Shown here: positions 20,648 to 29,412 of the stretch, in pieces
Layout of the letters: every line of letters starts with the position of its first letter
How positions within the stretch are numbered: position 1 is the first letter of the stretch
Assembly (NCBI GenBank): GCA_965248435.1
Contig: OZ252100.1
Location: forward strand, 5,216,001 to 5,280,000
Source: Candidatus Latescibacterota bacterium
GTDB taxonomy: Bacteria > Latescibacterota > UBA2968 > GCA-2709665
Length of the DNA stretch: 64,000 nt
Direction: 5' to 3'
Position numbers and translations under genes: made by a program
Notes under the pieces: generated by a model
Told to the model about the DNA's origin: nothing
The model's database searches: none
What the model saw: the letters and a program-made list of their open reading frames with translations, nothing else

Positions 20648-20810
20648 CGGGCTTCCCGTGCAGGTAGATATAAACTAAGCAATTGTTTTTTATGAATATA
20701 TTCGGAAGCAGGGACGCGAGTCCGGCTTTCGGGCTTTCGACCGTGTTGGGGTAATCTTGCTCAGGAGTGAGAGAACGTGACCCCAGCCTGAAGCAGGCCC
20801 AGGGGATTGA

Positions 20811-21230
20811 TCATTTACGCGAGTCGGACGGATTTGCCAGAAGTTGTCTGAGGTATTCGTTTTCGAGGCCGAGTTGCTTTCCGCGTAAGGCCCGCGATAC
20901 GACGAGCGAGAGCTCTGGCGGGAAGACGGGCTTCAGGACATACCCGTAGGCGCCCATTTGCATGGCTGTAATCGCCCGATCCACCATTTCGAAAGGGGTT
21001 ATCGCGATCAGAGAGACGTCGTCCTCAAAAGCATACCTGGACACGGTTCGAAGATCCAGACCCTCTGTCTCCAGGTCGCAAAGGAGCAGATCTGTGGCCA
21101 TAGTTTGGCGCTCGTCTGGATTTGCAGCGACAGAGATGTCATAGCCCTGTTCAGTGAGAAGCGGGAGGCATTCACGAATGATTTCTGCTGAATCGGTGAT
21201 GAGCAGGATGGAGTCCATAGGTGCCTTCAT
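20811..21230 (-). CDS. Stand-alone atypical receiver domain with short coiled coil
   Basis: LLLCD, GAYGYVLKP, ENEYLRQLL; resembles the N-terminus of the adjacent sigma54 activator. Confidence 0.75.
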   Translation of the reverse strand: MKAPMDSILLITDSAEIIRECLPLLTEQGYDISVAANPDERQTMATDLLLCDLETEGLDLRTVSRYAFEDDVSLIAITPFEMVDRAITAMQMGAYGYVLKPVFPPELSLVVSRALRGKQLGLENEYLRQLLANPSDSRK

Positions 21231-21270
21231 AGGATATCGTATTTCTTAGTATTACATAGTTTTTGTATAC

Positions 21271-21297
21271 ATATCGGTAGAAATCGAGGAAGCTTGA
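21271..21297 (-). promoter_or_regulatory. sigma28 (FliA/WhiG)-like promoter
   Basis: Minus strand TCAA-N15-ACCGATAT (consensus TAAA-N15-GCCGATAA), 40 bp upstream of 21230. Confidence 0.5.
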
Positions 21298-21369
21298 GGA
21301 GTTCCGCGTGGATTACTGGAAGTCGGAAAGGCTTAGGTCTGGCTGGAGGGGTCGAAACGGGGTCGGTGT

Positions 21370-22674
21370 TCAGAGTTCGTAACGTCTGATCTTTTCGTAG
21401 AGTGTGCGCCGATTGATCTGCAGGATCCTGGCAGCTCTGCCACGATGTCCGGCGGTGTTTTCGAGGGTTTGCCTGATATGATCTCGCTCCACCTCTCTGA
21501 GACTCCGGGGCCCGTCGGGTGTCGAGGACACCATCTCATCCGGCAAGCGAATCTCCTCGGGTAGCTCGTTCAAGGAGACCGAGGGTCTTTCCGCCAGCAC
21601 AACACACCGCTCGACGATGTTTTTTAGTTCCCTGACGTTGCCCGGATAGTCATACAGAAGCAGGCATTCGAGCGCTTCTTCCGAAAACCGCACAGGGAAA
21701 CTCCCGTTTTGCCGGCTGTAGTGGAAAAGGTAGTAGTCGAGCAGAAGTGCGATATCCTGCCTACGGGTGCGAAGTGGAGCGACGTTGATCGTCAACACGT
21801 TGAGCCGATAGTAGAGGTCCTCTCGGAAGTCGCCTGACTTGACGGCTTCGCGCAGATTGCGGTTTGTGGCCGCGATGAATCGGACGTCGGCGCAGGCTGG
21901 GACGGTCGCGCCGACCCGGAAAAACTGTGAATCTTCCAGGATTCTGAGGAGTTTTACCTGGATGGCCGGGCTGACATCTCCGATCTCGTCCAGGAATATC
22001 GTCCCGCCCCGCGCGACTTCGACAAGGCCGGCCTTGGATTTGTAGGCTCCGGTAAAGGCCCCCTTGGCGTGGCCGAACAGCTCGCTTTCGAGCAGAGGCT
22101 CTGGAAGGCCGCCGCAGTTGATCGGAATGAAAAGTCTTTCTGCCCTGAGACTCTGTTTATGCAGGGACTGCGCCACCAGTTCTTTACCCGTGCCGCTTTC
22201 TCCCTGTATGAGTACGGTGCTGTGGGAGGGCGCGATCTTGCCGATCATCCTCCTCAGGCGGCCCATTTCAGGGCTTTTTCCGACAAAAGGGTCTTGACTG
22301 GAGCCAAGGGCCGTCTTTAGAGAGTGGTTCTCTTCCTTGACTCTCCGGTCCCCAAGGGTGCGCTTGACGATAAGCAGAAGCTCATCGGGCGTTATCGGGC
22401 TCAGAATATACCCCTGAGCCCCCTTTTCCATCACGTGAACAGCCTCAGCAACCCTTTGAGGCTTCGAGATCAGGAGCAAGTTCTCGGCGGGGAAGTCATC
22501 CAGGGCTGCACTCGGACAGGGCTTCTCGAGGTCGTAGAGGACGAGGTCGGCCGAAGCATAACGCCCTGGTGCAGATTCAACCGTAGAGACGGCGTAGCCG
22601 CCGCGCTTCAGAACCTGAAGGCAGCTTTGCCGGATCTGTGGATCGGATGTAGATACAAGGATACAAGCAGCCAC
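21370..22674 (-). CDS. sigma54-dependent transcriptional activator (NtrC-like; degenerate receiver, AAA+, Fis HTH)
   Basis: GESGTGKE, GAFTGA, FLDEIGD, FREDLYYRL, YPGNVREL, AARILQINRRTLY. Confidence 0.95.
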   Translation of the reverse strand: MAACILVSTSDPQIRQSCLQVLKRGGYAVSTVESAPGRYASADLVLYDLEKPCPSAALDDFPAENLLLISKPQRVAEAVHVMEKGAQGYILSPITPDELLLIVKRTLGDRRVKEENHSLKTALGSSQDPFVGKSPEMGRLRRMIGKIAPSHSTVLIQGESGTGKELVAQSLHKQSLRAERLFIPINCGGLPEPLLESELFGHAKGAFTGAYKSKAGLVEVARGGTIFLDEIGDVSPAIQVKLLRILEDSQFFRVGATVPACADVRFIAATNRNLREAVKSGDFREDLYYRLNVLTINVAPLRTRRQDIALLLDYYLFHYSRQNGSFPVRFSEEALECLLLYDYPGNVRELKNIVERCVVLAERPSVSLNELPEEIRLPDEMVSSTPDGPRSLREVERDHIRQTLENTAGHRGRAARILQINRRTLYEKIRRYEL

Positions 22675-22910
22675 GGATGAACCTCGCTGGGAGCCGGCGA
22701 GTCGATGAGTCGGCCGCTAAGCTCTTATGGATAGATACGATTCGGGGAGCAGAGGACGTTCACCCCGCGATCATACCTTTATGTGCGGGCGGGGTCCCTT
22801 GCGTGGGTAGTGAAACGGGGGTCCCTCCCGGGTAGACCAGTTTAACGGATGGGTGGAATTGCTACTGGTGGGATTTGTGGATGGAAAGTAGCCAAGTGGT
22901 ATCTGTGTGA

Positions 22911-22937
22911 ATATCGGCAGTTCTCAAAAAAGGATTA
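22911..22937 (-). promoter_or_regulatory. sigma28-like promoter of the sigma54 activator
   Basis: Minus strand TAAT-N15-GCCGATAT. Confidence 0.5.
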
Positions 22938-22958
22938 GCCCTTTTTTATTGGGTATGC

Positions 22959-22987
22959 TTGACGAATCAAATAAGATATCTTATACT
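22959..22987 (+). promoter_or_regulatory. sigma70-type promoter
   Basis: TTGACG-17-TATACT, with palindrome ATAAGATATCTTAT overlapping the spacer and -10. Confidence 0.7.
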
Positions 22988-23020
22988 TTAAGTCCTTAGC
23001 GATATAAGTTTAGAGACTGA

Positions 23021-23212
23021 TTCCCCTCCCTTGAATTCTCCTTTTGGCCGACATTCCTCGGCAAATATTTCCTTCTTTTTCCCCTTTTTCCCCTTTTTGC
23101 GCCTTGCTCCCCTGAAGTCTGCCCAGGCTTCTGAAGCGTGCGATCACCCATTTATGGCGTTAACCCTTGGCCAGGTTTTGTCGATTCTAGAAAGGAGGGG
23201 AGGGATGGGGAA
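23021..23212 (+). ncRNA. Putative structured RNA/leader (long rod with C/U-rich bulge)
   Basis: 5' TTCCCC-TCCCT..CTCCTTT..CGACA pairs with 3' TGTCG..AAAGGAG..AGGGA-T-GGGGAA; lies directly after a sigma70 promoter. Confidence 0.4.
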
Positions 23213-23407
23213 CACTACCCTTGGCTTTCAGGACCGTTGCAAACAGGGACTTCATCTGTGTGGCGATTGTGCTCTTTTCTGATGCATATCGGTCACTAAG
23301 GAATGATCCAAGAGAGTTTGCTTCACTTTATTGCGAGTCGTGATCAAGTGTGTAGTCCTGTTTATTCTAGTAGTTTAACTGTTGACCAACATCAGTTTGT
23401 TTTATGC

Positions 23408-23423
23408 TGGCACACCTTTTGCT
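23408..23423 (+). promoter_or_regulatory. sigma54 -24/-12 promoter of the XRE-prkA-yeaH-spoVR unit
   Basis: TGGCAC-ACCTT-TTGCT, a perfect consensus match. Confidence 0.8.
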
Positions 23424-23553
23424 ATGAAACTTGGTAGATGAAATATCAGGTTTCCGATATATTTTAATAAGGTGTTAAAAAGGCGAAGGTAAGCCCACTT
23501 TGCCGCGCTGGCGCCACAGACATGAGGAACTTTGGGAGCTGGAGGTTGTTCAA

Positions 23554-23772
23554 ATGATTAGAACGCGGTTGCACGAACTCTTAGGTGAGCGGCGGATGAA
23601 GGTTGCAGGCTTGGCCCAGATTTCAGGCGTTTCCTATCCACAACTGCACCGTCTCTACCACGGTCAAACAAAGAGGATCGATTTGAATACCTTGAACTCG
23701 CTCTGCAATGCCCTTCGCATCACCCCAAACGATCTTTTAGACTTCAGTCCCGACAAAAAGGATGAGTTCTAA
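23554..23772 (+). CDS. XRE/Cro-C1 HTH transcriptional regulator (HTH_26-like)
   Basis: LAQISGVSYPQLHRLY..IDLNTLNSLCNAL..PNDLL; GGAGG RBS. Confidence 0.88.
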   Translation: MIRTRLHELLGERRMKVAGLAQISGVSYPQLHRLYHGQTKRIDLNTLNSLCNALRITPNDLLDFSPDKKDEF

Positions 23773-23829
23773 CCTCAGGATTGTGTCCTTGAGTCAGGGG
23801 ACGTGAGCTGTAGGAAAGGGGAGATGACC

Positions 23830-25878
23830 ATGATCGCCACTAACGACATCATCTCGATCGTCACACAGGCGCAGGATCTCGACGACTATCGGAAGCTGCA
23901 TTGGGAGGGGAGCTTTTCCCAGTACCTATCTGTTGTAAGGGAACGGCCTGCTGTGACCCGTACGGCCTTTCAGCGCATCTACGACATGATCGTGTCCTAC
24001 GGTGTGGATAAGGTTGATGACAACAAAGAAAAGATGATCCACTACCGGTTCTTTGACGATCCAAGTGGCCATGGAAAGGATGCCGTCTATGGACTGGATC
24101 GGTCCATGATGAATCTTGTGAACGTCTTCAAGGCAGCCGCTGAGGGATACGGTGTAGACAGGCGCGTGCTGTTGCTGCACGGTCCCGTGGGAAGTTCCAA
24201 GAGTACGGTTGCCAGGCTTCTGAAGCGGGGCCTGGAGGCGTATTCCAGAAAGGACGAAGGCGCACTTTACACCTTCTACTGGCTTCCGATATCGGGAGAA
24301 GGGGAGAACGAGCCCTGCCCGATGCACGAGGAACCGCTGCACTTGATTCCGGAAGAATCTCGACCCGCCGTGGAGGTCGAGTTGAACAACGGCAGCGCAA
24401 CCGGCTGGCCGCTCAAGGTTACAGGAGAACTCTGCCCGTTTTGCAGGCATTCGTATCGGGAAAGGATGCAGGCGTACGGGGGAGACTGGTCCCGCGTGGT
24501 TCAGGACATCAGGGTTCGCCGGCTGCTGCTTTCCGAACGCGATCGGATCGGGATCGGCACGTTTCAGCCGAAAGATGAAAAGAACCAGGACTCCACCGAG
24601 CTGACAGGCGACATCAACTACCGGAAGATTGCGGAATTTGGGACCGACTCCGACCCCAGGGCATTCAACTTCGACGGCGAGCTCAACATCGCCAACAGGG
24701 GGATGGTCGAACTGATCGAGGCCTTGAAGCTTGACGTTGCCTTCCTCTACGATCTACTGGGCGCCTCGCAGGAACACGTTATAAAACCCAAGAAGTTTGC
24801 TCAAGTCTACATCGACGAGGTGCTGCTTGCGCATACGAATGAACCGGAGTATCGCAGACTTCAGAACAATGAGTTCATGGAGGCGCTTAGAGACAGGACG
24901 GTCAAGATCGACATTCCGTACGTGACCCGTCTGGCAGATGAGATCCAGATCTACGAGAAGGACTACAATTCGGAAAAGGTAACGAGCAAGCACCTTGCCC
25001 CTCACACGCTCGATATAGCTGCGATGTGGGCGGTTTTGACTCGGCTGGAAGATCCCAAACACGCAGGTTTGACCCTGCTCCAGAAGCTGAAACTCTATGA
25101 TGGCAAACGACTTCCTGGTTTTACCGAGGACAACGTCAAGGAGCTCATGGATGAGTCGGAGCGAGAGGGGATGGACGGGATCTCACCTCGCTACGTCCAG
25201 GACAAGGTTTCGAATTCTCTGGTCGCCCATCCTGATGAGACCTGCGTCAATCCATTCATGGTGATGAACGAGCTTGAGGCAGGGCTTAAGCATCATTCGC
25301 TGATTACGAGCGAGGACCAAAAAAAACGATATCGGGAACTTCTGTCTGTGGTTAAGGGGGAATACGAAGATATCGTAAAAAATGAGGTCCAGCGGGCTAT
25401 TGCCGCCGATGAAGAAGGCTTGAGCCGGCTGTGCGGAAACTACATCGACAACGTAAAGGCTTACACTCAGAAGGAGAAGGTGAAAAACCGATTTACGGGT
25501 CAGCCTGAGGAGCCGGATGAGAAGCAGATGCGGTCTATCGAAGAAAAGATCGGAATCGAAGATGCCAGGAAGGACGACTTCAGACAGGAGATCATGAACT
25601 ACATCGGCGCCCTGGCCCTTGACGGCAAAACGTTCGACTACAAGGCGAATGAGCGTCTTCTAAAGGCGCTGGAAATGAAGCTCTTCGAAGACCAGAAGGA
25701 CACGATAAAGCTCACGAGCCTGGTATCGAATGTTGTGGACAAGGAGACGCAGGAGAAGATCGATGTAGTCAAGAGCCGGATGATCAGGAACTACTCATAC
25801 TGCGATGTATGCGCGACTGACGTGCTCCACTTTGTGGCGAGCATCTTCGCCCGAGGCGATACGAAGAAGGAGTCGTGA
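23830..25878 (+). CDS. prkA: PrkA/YeaG family AAA+ serine protein kinase
   Basis: [48 protein letters not shown]. Confidence 0.95.
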   Translation: MIATNDIISIVTQAQDLDDYRKLHWEGSFSQYLSVVRERPAVTRTAFQRIYDMIVSYGVDKVDDNKEKMIHYRFFDDPSGHGKDAVYGLDRSMMNLVNVFKAAAEGYGVDRRVLLLHGPVGSSKSTVARLLKRGLEAYSRKDEGALYTFYWLPISGEGENEPCPMHEEPLHLIPEESRPAVEVELNNGSATGWPLKVTGELCPFCRHSYRERMQAYGGDWSRVVQDIRVRRLLLSERDRIGIGTFQPKDEKNQDSTELTGDINYRKIAEFGTDSDPRAFNFDGELNIANRGMVELIEALKLDVAFLYDLLGASQEHVIKPKKFAQVYIDEVLLAHTNEPEYRRLQNNEFMEALRDRTVKIDIPYVTRLADEIQIYEKDYNSEKVTSKHLAPHTLDIAAMWAVLTRLEDPKHAGLTLLQKLKLYDGKRLPGFTEDNVKELMDESEREGMDGISPRYVQDKVSNSLVAHPDETCVNPFMVMNELEAGLKHHSLITSEDQKKRYRELLSVVKGEYEDIVKNEVQRAIAADEEGLSRLCGNYIDNVKAYTQKEKVKNRFTGQPEEPDEKQMRSIEEKIGIEDARKDDFRQEIMNYIGALALDGKTFDYKANERLLKALEMKLFEDQKDTIKLTSLVSNVVDKETQEKIDVVKSRMIRNYSYCDVCATDVLHFVASIFARGDTKKES

Positions 25879-25884
25879 GGCGAT

Positions 25885-26985
25885 ATGACCAACAAAATCG
25901 AACAGGACAACAGCCGTTTCAGGCAGATTGTCCGGGGTCAGATCAAGCGGGACCTCAAAAAATACATCACGCACGGCGAAATGATCGGTCGTAAGGGCAA
26001 AGACCTCATCAGTATCCCCGTGCCCCAGATAGAGATACCCCATTTCCGGTACGGCGAGCGGAAGGCAGGTGGGGTAGGGCAAGGGGAGGGGGAGGTGGGT
26101 GTGCCCTTAGGTCCCGGAACCGGAGGAAAGGGACCCGGAGCCGGCGACCAACCCGGAGAGCATATCCTGGAGGTCGAAGTCACGCTGGATGAGCTTGCCA
26201 AGATTTTGGGGGAGGAATTGGAGCTTCCCAGGATCGAGCCCAAAGGCAAGAGCAACGTGGTTGAGCAAAAAGACAAGTATACGGGCATCAGTCAGACGGG
26301 TCCTGAATCCCTCCGACATTTTAAGCGCACCTACAAACGTGCGTTGAAGCGACAAATTCTTGCTGGGCAATACGATTTTGTTCGGCCGAAGGTCGTCCCG
26401 ATGAGGAGGGACCAGCAGTATCGATCCTGGAAGACGGTTCGCAATCCGGAGACGAATGCAGTCGTTTTCTACATGATGGACATATCGGGGTCCATGGGCG
26501 AGGAGCAGAAGGAAGTCGTGAGGACGGAGGCCTTCTGGATCGATACGTGGCTTCAATCTCAATATGACGGCGTTGAGACCTGCTACATAGTGCACGACGT
26601 CAATGCAAGAGAAGTGGACCAAGAGGCTTTTTACCGAACCCGTGAGAGCGGGGGGACAATGATCTCTTCGGCCTACTCGTTGTGTAGACAGACCATCGAG
26701 TCGCGCTTCCCTCCCGCGGATTGGAATATTTATAGTTTTCACTTCACCGATGGAGACAACTGGGGTGAGGACAACAGCCGATGCAAGGCGGTTTTACGGG
26801 ATGATCTGTTGCCAACGGTGAACCTTTTTTGCTATGGTCAGGTCTACAGCCCCTATGGGAGCGGTTCTTTTGTGAACGATATTAAGGCATTGGCGGAAGG
26901 TCGGGACAATCTGGTCTGGTCTGAGATCCGCGGGCGGGAGAGCATCATGGATTCGATCAAACTGTTTCTCGGAAGGGGCAAATAG
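25885..26985 (+). CDS. yeaH: YeaH/YhbH (DUF444) vWA-domain protein
   Basis: [13 protein letters not shown] motif, [14 protein letters not shown]; follows prkA. Confidence 0.92.
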   Translation: MTNKIEQDNSRFRQIVRGQIKRDLKKYITHGEMIGRKGKDLISIPVPQIEIPHFRYGERKAGGVGQGEGEVGVPLGPGTGGKGPGAGDQPGEHILEVEVTLDELAKILGEELELPRIEPKGKSNVVEQKDKYTGISQTGPESLRHFKRTYKRALKRQILAGQYDFVRPKVVPMRRDQQYRSWKTVRNPETNAVVFYMMDISGSMGEEQKEVVRTEAFWIDTWLQSQYDGVETCYIVHDVNAREVDQEAFYRTRESGGTMISSAYSLCRQTIESRFPPADWNIYSFHFTDGDNWGEDNSRCKAVLRDDLLPTVNLFCYGQVYSPYGSGSFVNDIKALAEGRDNLVWSEIRGRESIMDSIKLFLGRGK

Positions 26986-28284
26986 GTGGTCTGGTTCAAT
27001 AAGTTTCCCAGCCCCCTCAAGGAACTTAAGTACGAGATAGAGGGCTACGCCCAGGAATGCGAGCTCGATTATTTTGAGGTCATCTTCGAGGTGGTCGATT
27101 ATACGGGGATGAACGAAATCGCCGCCTACGGGGGGTTCCCCGTTCGATATCCTCATTGGCATTTCGGCATGGAATACGCCAGGCTTTCTAAGGGATATGC
27201 TTACGGGCTTCAAAAGATTTATGAGATGGTAGAGTCCTTTCTTGACACGTGCCTTTCGATCGAAGATTTGATCGACCCGCACACGCCATTTATGAAGCGC
27301 AGAGAGGAAGACAAGCGATCTGTGCTACGAGAGGAAGAGCGTGAGGAGCGAACCGTTCAGCGGCTGAAAAGCAAGCCCTATATGGACAGTTACGTGAATC
27401 CTGAGGAATATCTGACCGAGCAGAAAGAAGAGATCAAAGCAGAGAAAGAAAGGGAGCGTCAATTCCCGGAGTCACCTGAAAAGGACACGTTGTTGTTCCT
27501 TAGAGAACACGCTCCGCTGGAGAACTGGCAGTCTGACATCCTTTCAATGGTCAGGGAAGAAGCATATTACTTCGCTCCGCAGCGGCAGACGAAGGTGATG
27601 AACGAAGGATGGGCCTCTTTCTGGCATTCAAGAATCATGACCCAGATGGCGCTTAAGGATTCAGAACTGATCGACTATGCAGAGCACCATTCCGGAACAA
27701 TGGGGATGCGTCCCGGTAGAATCAACCCCTACAAGCTGGGTTTGGAGCTCTTCAGGGATATCGAAGATAGATGGAACAAAGGAAAGTTCGGGCCGGAGTA
27801 CGAAGCATGTGAGGATTTTGTGGAGCGTAAATCGTGGGACAAGGAAACCGGGCTGGGGCTGGAGAAGATCTTTGAAGTGAGGCGGATCTACAACGACATC
27901 GGATTTATCGATGCGTTTTTAACGGAAGATTTCTGCAGGGACCAGAAACTGTTCACCTACCAATTTGATAATAAACAGGATCACTATAAGATTGAGAGCC
28001 GAGAATTCGAGAAGGTCAAGCGACAGATGCTTCTCGGACTGACGAACTTTGGAAGACCGTCTATTTACGTTGTCGAAGGGAACTATCGCAATCGCGGCGA
28101 GCTGCTCCTGTCTCACCAATACGATGGTGTCGGATTGGACATGGGATATGCAAAAGATACGCTAAGAAACGTTCGGAAGATCTGGGGCCGGCCAGTGCAC
28201 TTGAGCACGAAGGAGGACGAGAAGGAGACTCTGCTCACGTGCGAGGAAGAGGGGGATGAGGTGAAAACGGAAAGGACTAAGTAG
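26986..28284 (+). CDS. spoVR: SpoVR/YcgB family protein, apparently with an internal in-frame deletion
   Basis: GFPVRYPHWHFG, YFAPQRQTKVMNEGWASFWH, NPYKLG; the segment normally following KIYEMV is absent. Confidence 0.88.
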   Translation: MVWFNKFPSPLKELKYEIEGYAQECELDYFEVIFEVVDYTGMNEIAAYGGFPVRYPHWHFGMEYARLSKGYAYGLQKIYEMVESFLDTCLSIEDLIDPHTPFMKRREEDKRSVLREEEREERTVQRLKSKPYMDSYVNPEEYLTEQKEEIKAEKERERQFPESPEKDTLLFLREHAPLENWQSDILSMVREEAYYFAPQRQTKVMNEGWASFWHSRIMTQMALKDSELIDYAEHHSGTMGMRPGRINPYKLGLELFRDIEDRWNKGKFGPEYEACEDFVERKSWDKETGLGLEKIFEVRRIYNDIGFIDAFLTEDFCRDQKLFTYQFDNKQDHYKIESREFEKVKRQMLLGLTNFGRPSIYVVEGNYRNRGELLLSHQYDGVGLDMGYAKDTLRNVRKIWGRPVHLSTKEDEKETLLTCEEEGDEVKTERTK

Positions 28285-28349
28285 GCCGGAGAGGAAATTC
28301 TTGTTAGATGTGAATCACCGGGGCTCGAATTGGACGTTCGGGCCTTTTC

Positions 28350-29375
28350 TTATGGTTTCAGAACGATCTTTCCAAACAGGCCTCCCTGCTCCATCAACCG
28401 GTAGGCCTCCACGCCTTCTTCCAAAGGCATTTCACGATCGATGACCGGCCTCAGTTTGCCCGCCCACACCAGTTTCATCACCTCGCGGAATTCTTGTGGT
28501 GAGCCCAGGGTCGATCCGATGATCTGGAGCTGCTTGATGAAGACGTAGCGAATGTCGATCTCTGGCTTGGGGCCGCTTGTCCCGCCAACGGTGACCAGTC
28601 GCCCGCCTCTGCGGAGGGCCATAATGCTCTGTTGAAACGTCGCCTGGCCCACGTTGTCCACGACCAGGTCTACGCCCCGTTTGCCGGTCATTTTCTGTAT
28701 CGTCTTCAGCCAGTCGCCCGTTTTGTAGCTCAAAACGTGATCTGCTCCGAGCTCTGCCGCACGGTCCATCTTTTCCTGAGAACTCGTTAACATATACACA
28801 ACTGCGCCGGCCAGCTTTGCGACCTGGAGCGCGGCCGTGTTGACCCCGCCTGCTCCGACAAACAGCACGGTTTCACCTGCACGGAGCTCCCCGCGCGTGA
28901 TGAGCATGCGCCAGGCGGTGAGAAAAACGAGCTGTACGGCCGCTGTATCTTCGAAAGTCGCATCCTCAGGCATCTTCACCAGGTTTTTGGTCGGTACCAC
29001 GACGTAGTCTGCGAATGCCCCGCGACAGCCCTCACCTATTATGTAAAAGCTTGGGCTTTGGGAATGGTCTCCCCTGAGCGTAAACTCATCTTCAACCGGG
29101 AGGATCCCGGGATAGATGGCTACCCTGTCTCCGGTGCGGAAATCGGTTTGCCCGGGCCCGATCCGTTCGACAATGCCCGCGCCGTCGGCACCCCCAATGT
29201 GCGGCATGGGCAATCTTAGCCCCGGCCATCCGCGACGGACAAAGACATCCAGGTGGTTCAACGCCGAGGCCGATACCCTCACGAGGGCCTCACCCGCATG
29301 CGGCTCGGGCGTTGGCAATTCTTCATAGCTGAGGACATCTTCCTCGCCGTGTTGATGAAATAGGAGCGCTTTCAT
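28350..29375 (-). CDS. MDR-family NAD(P)H:quinone oxidoreductase-like dehydrogenase
   Basis: ALNHLD, GADGAG, TAWRML, GKIVL. Confidence 0.88.
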   Translation of the reverse strand: MKALLFHQHGEEDVLSYEELPTPEPHAGEALVRVSASALNHLDVFVRRGWPGLRLPMPHIGGADGAGIVERIGPGQTDFRTGDRVAIYPGILPVEDEFTLRGDHSQSPSFYIIGEGCRGAFADYVVVPTKNLVKMPEDATFEDTAAVQLVFLTAWRMLITRGELRAGETVLFVGAGGVNTAALQVAKLAGAVVYMLTSSQEKMDRAAELGADHVLSYKTGDWLKTIQKMTGKRGVDLVVDNVGQATFQQSIMALRRGGRLVTVGGTSGPKPEIDIRYVFIKQLQIIGSTLGSPQEFREVMKLVWAGKLRPVIDREMPLEEGVEAYRLMEQGGLFGKIVLKP

Positions 29376-29412
29376 TCTGGCTTCTGTGTCGCCTTTCTAT
29401 CGATGGCCGGCA

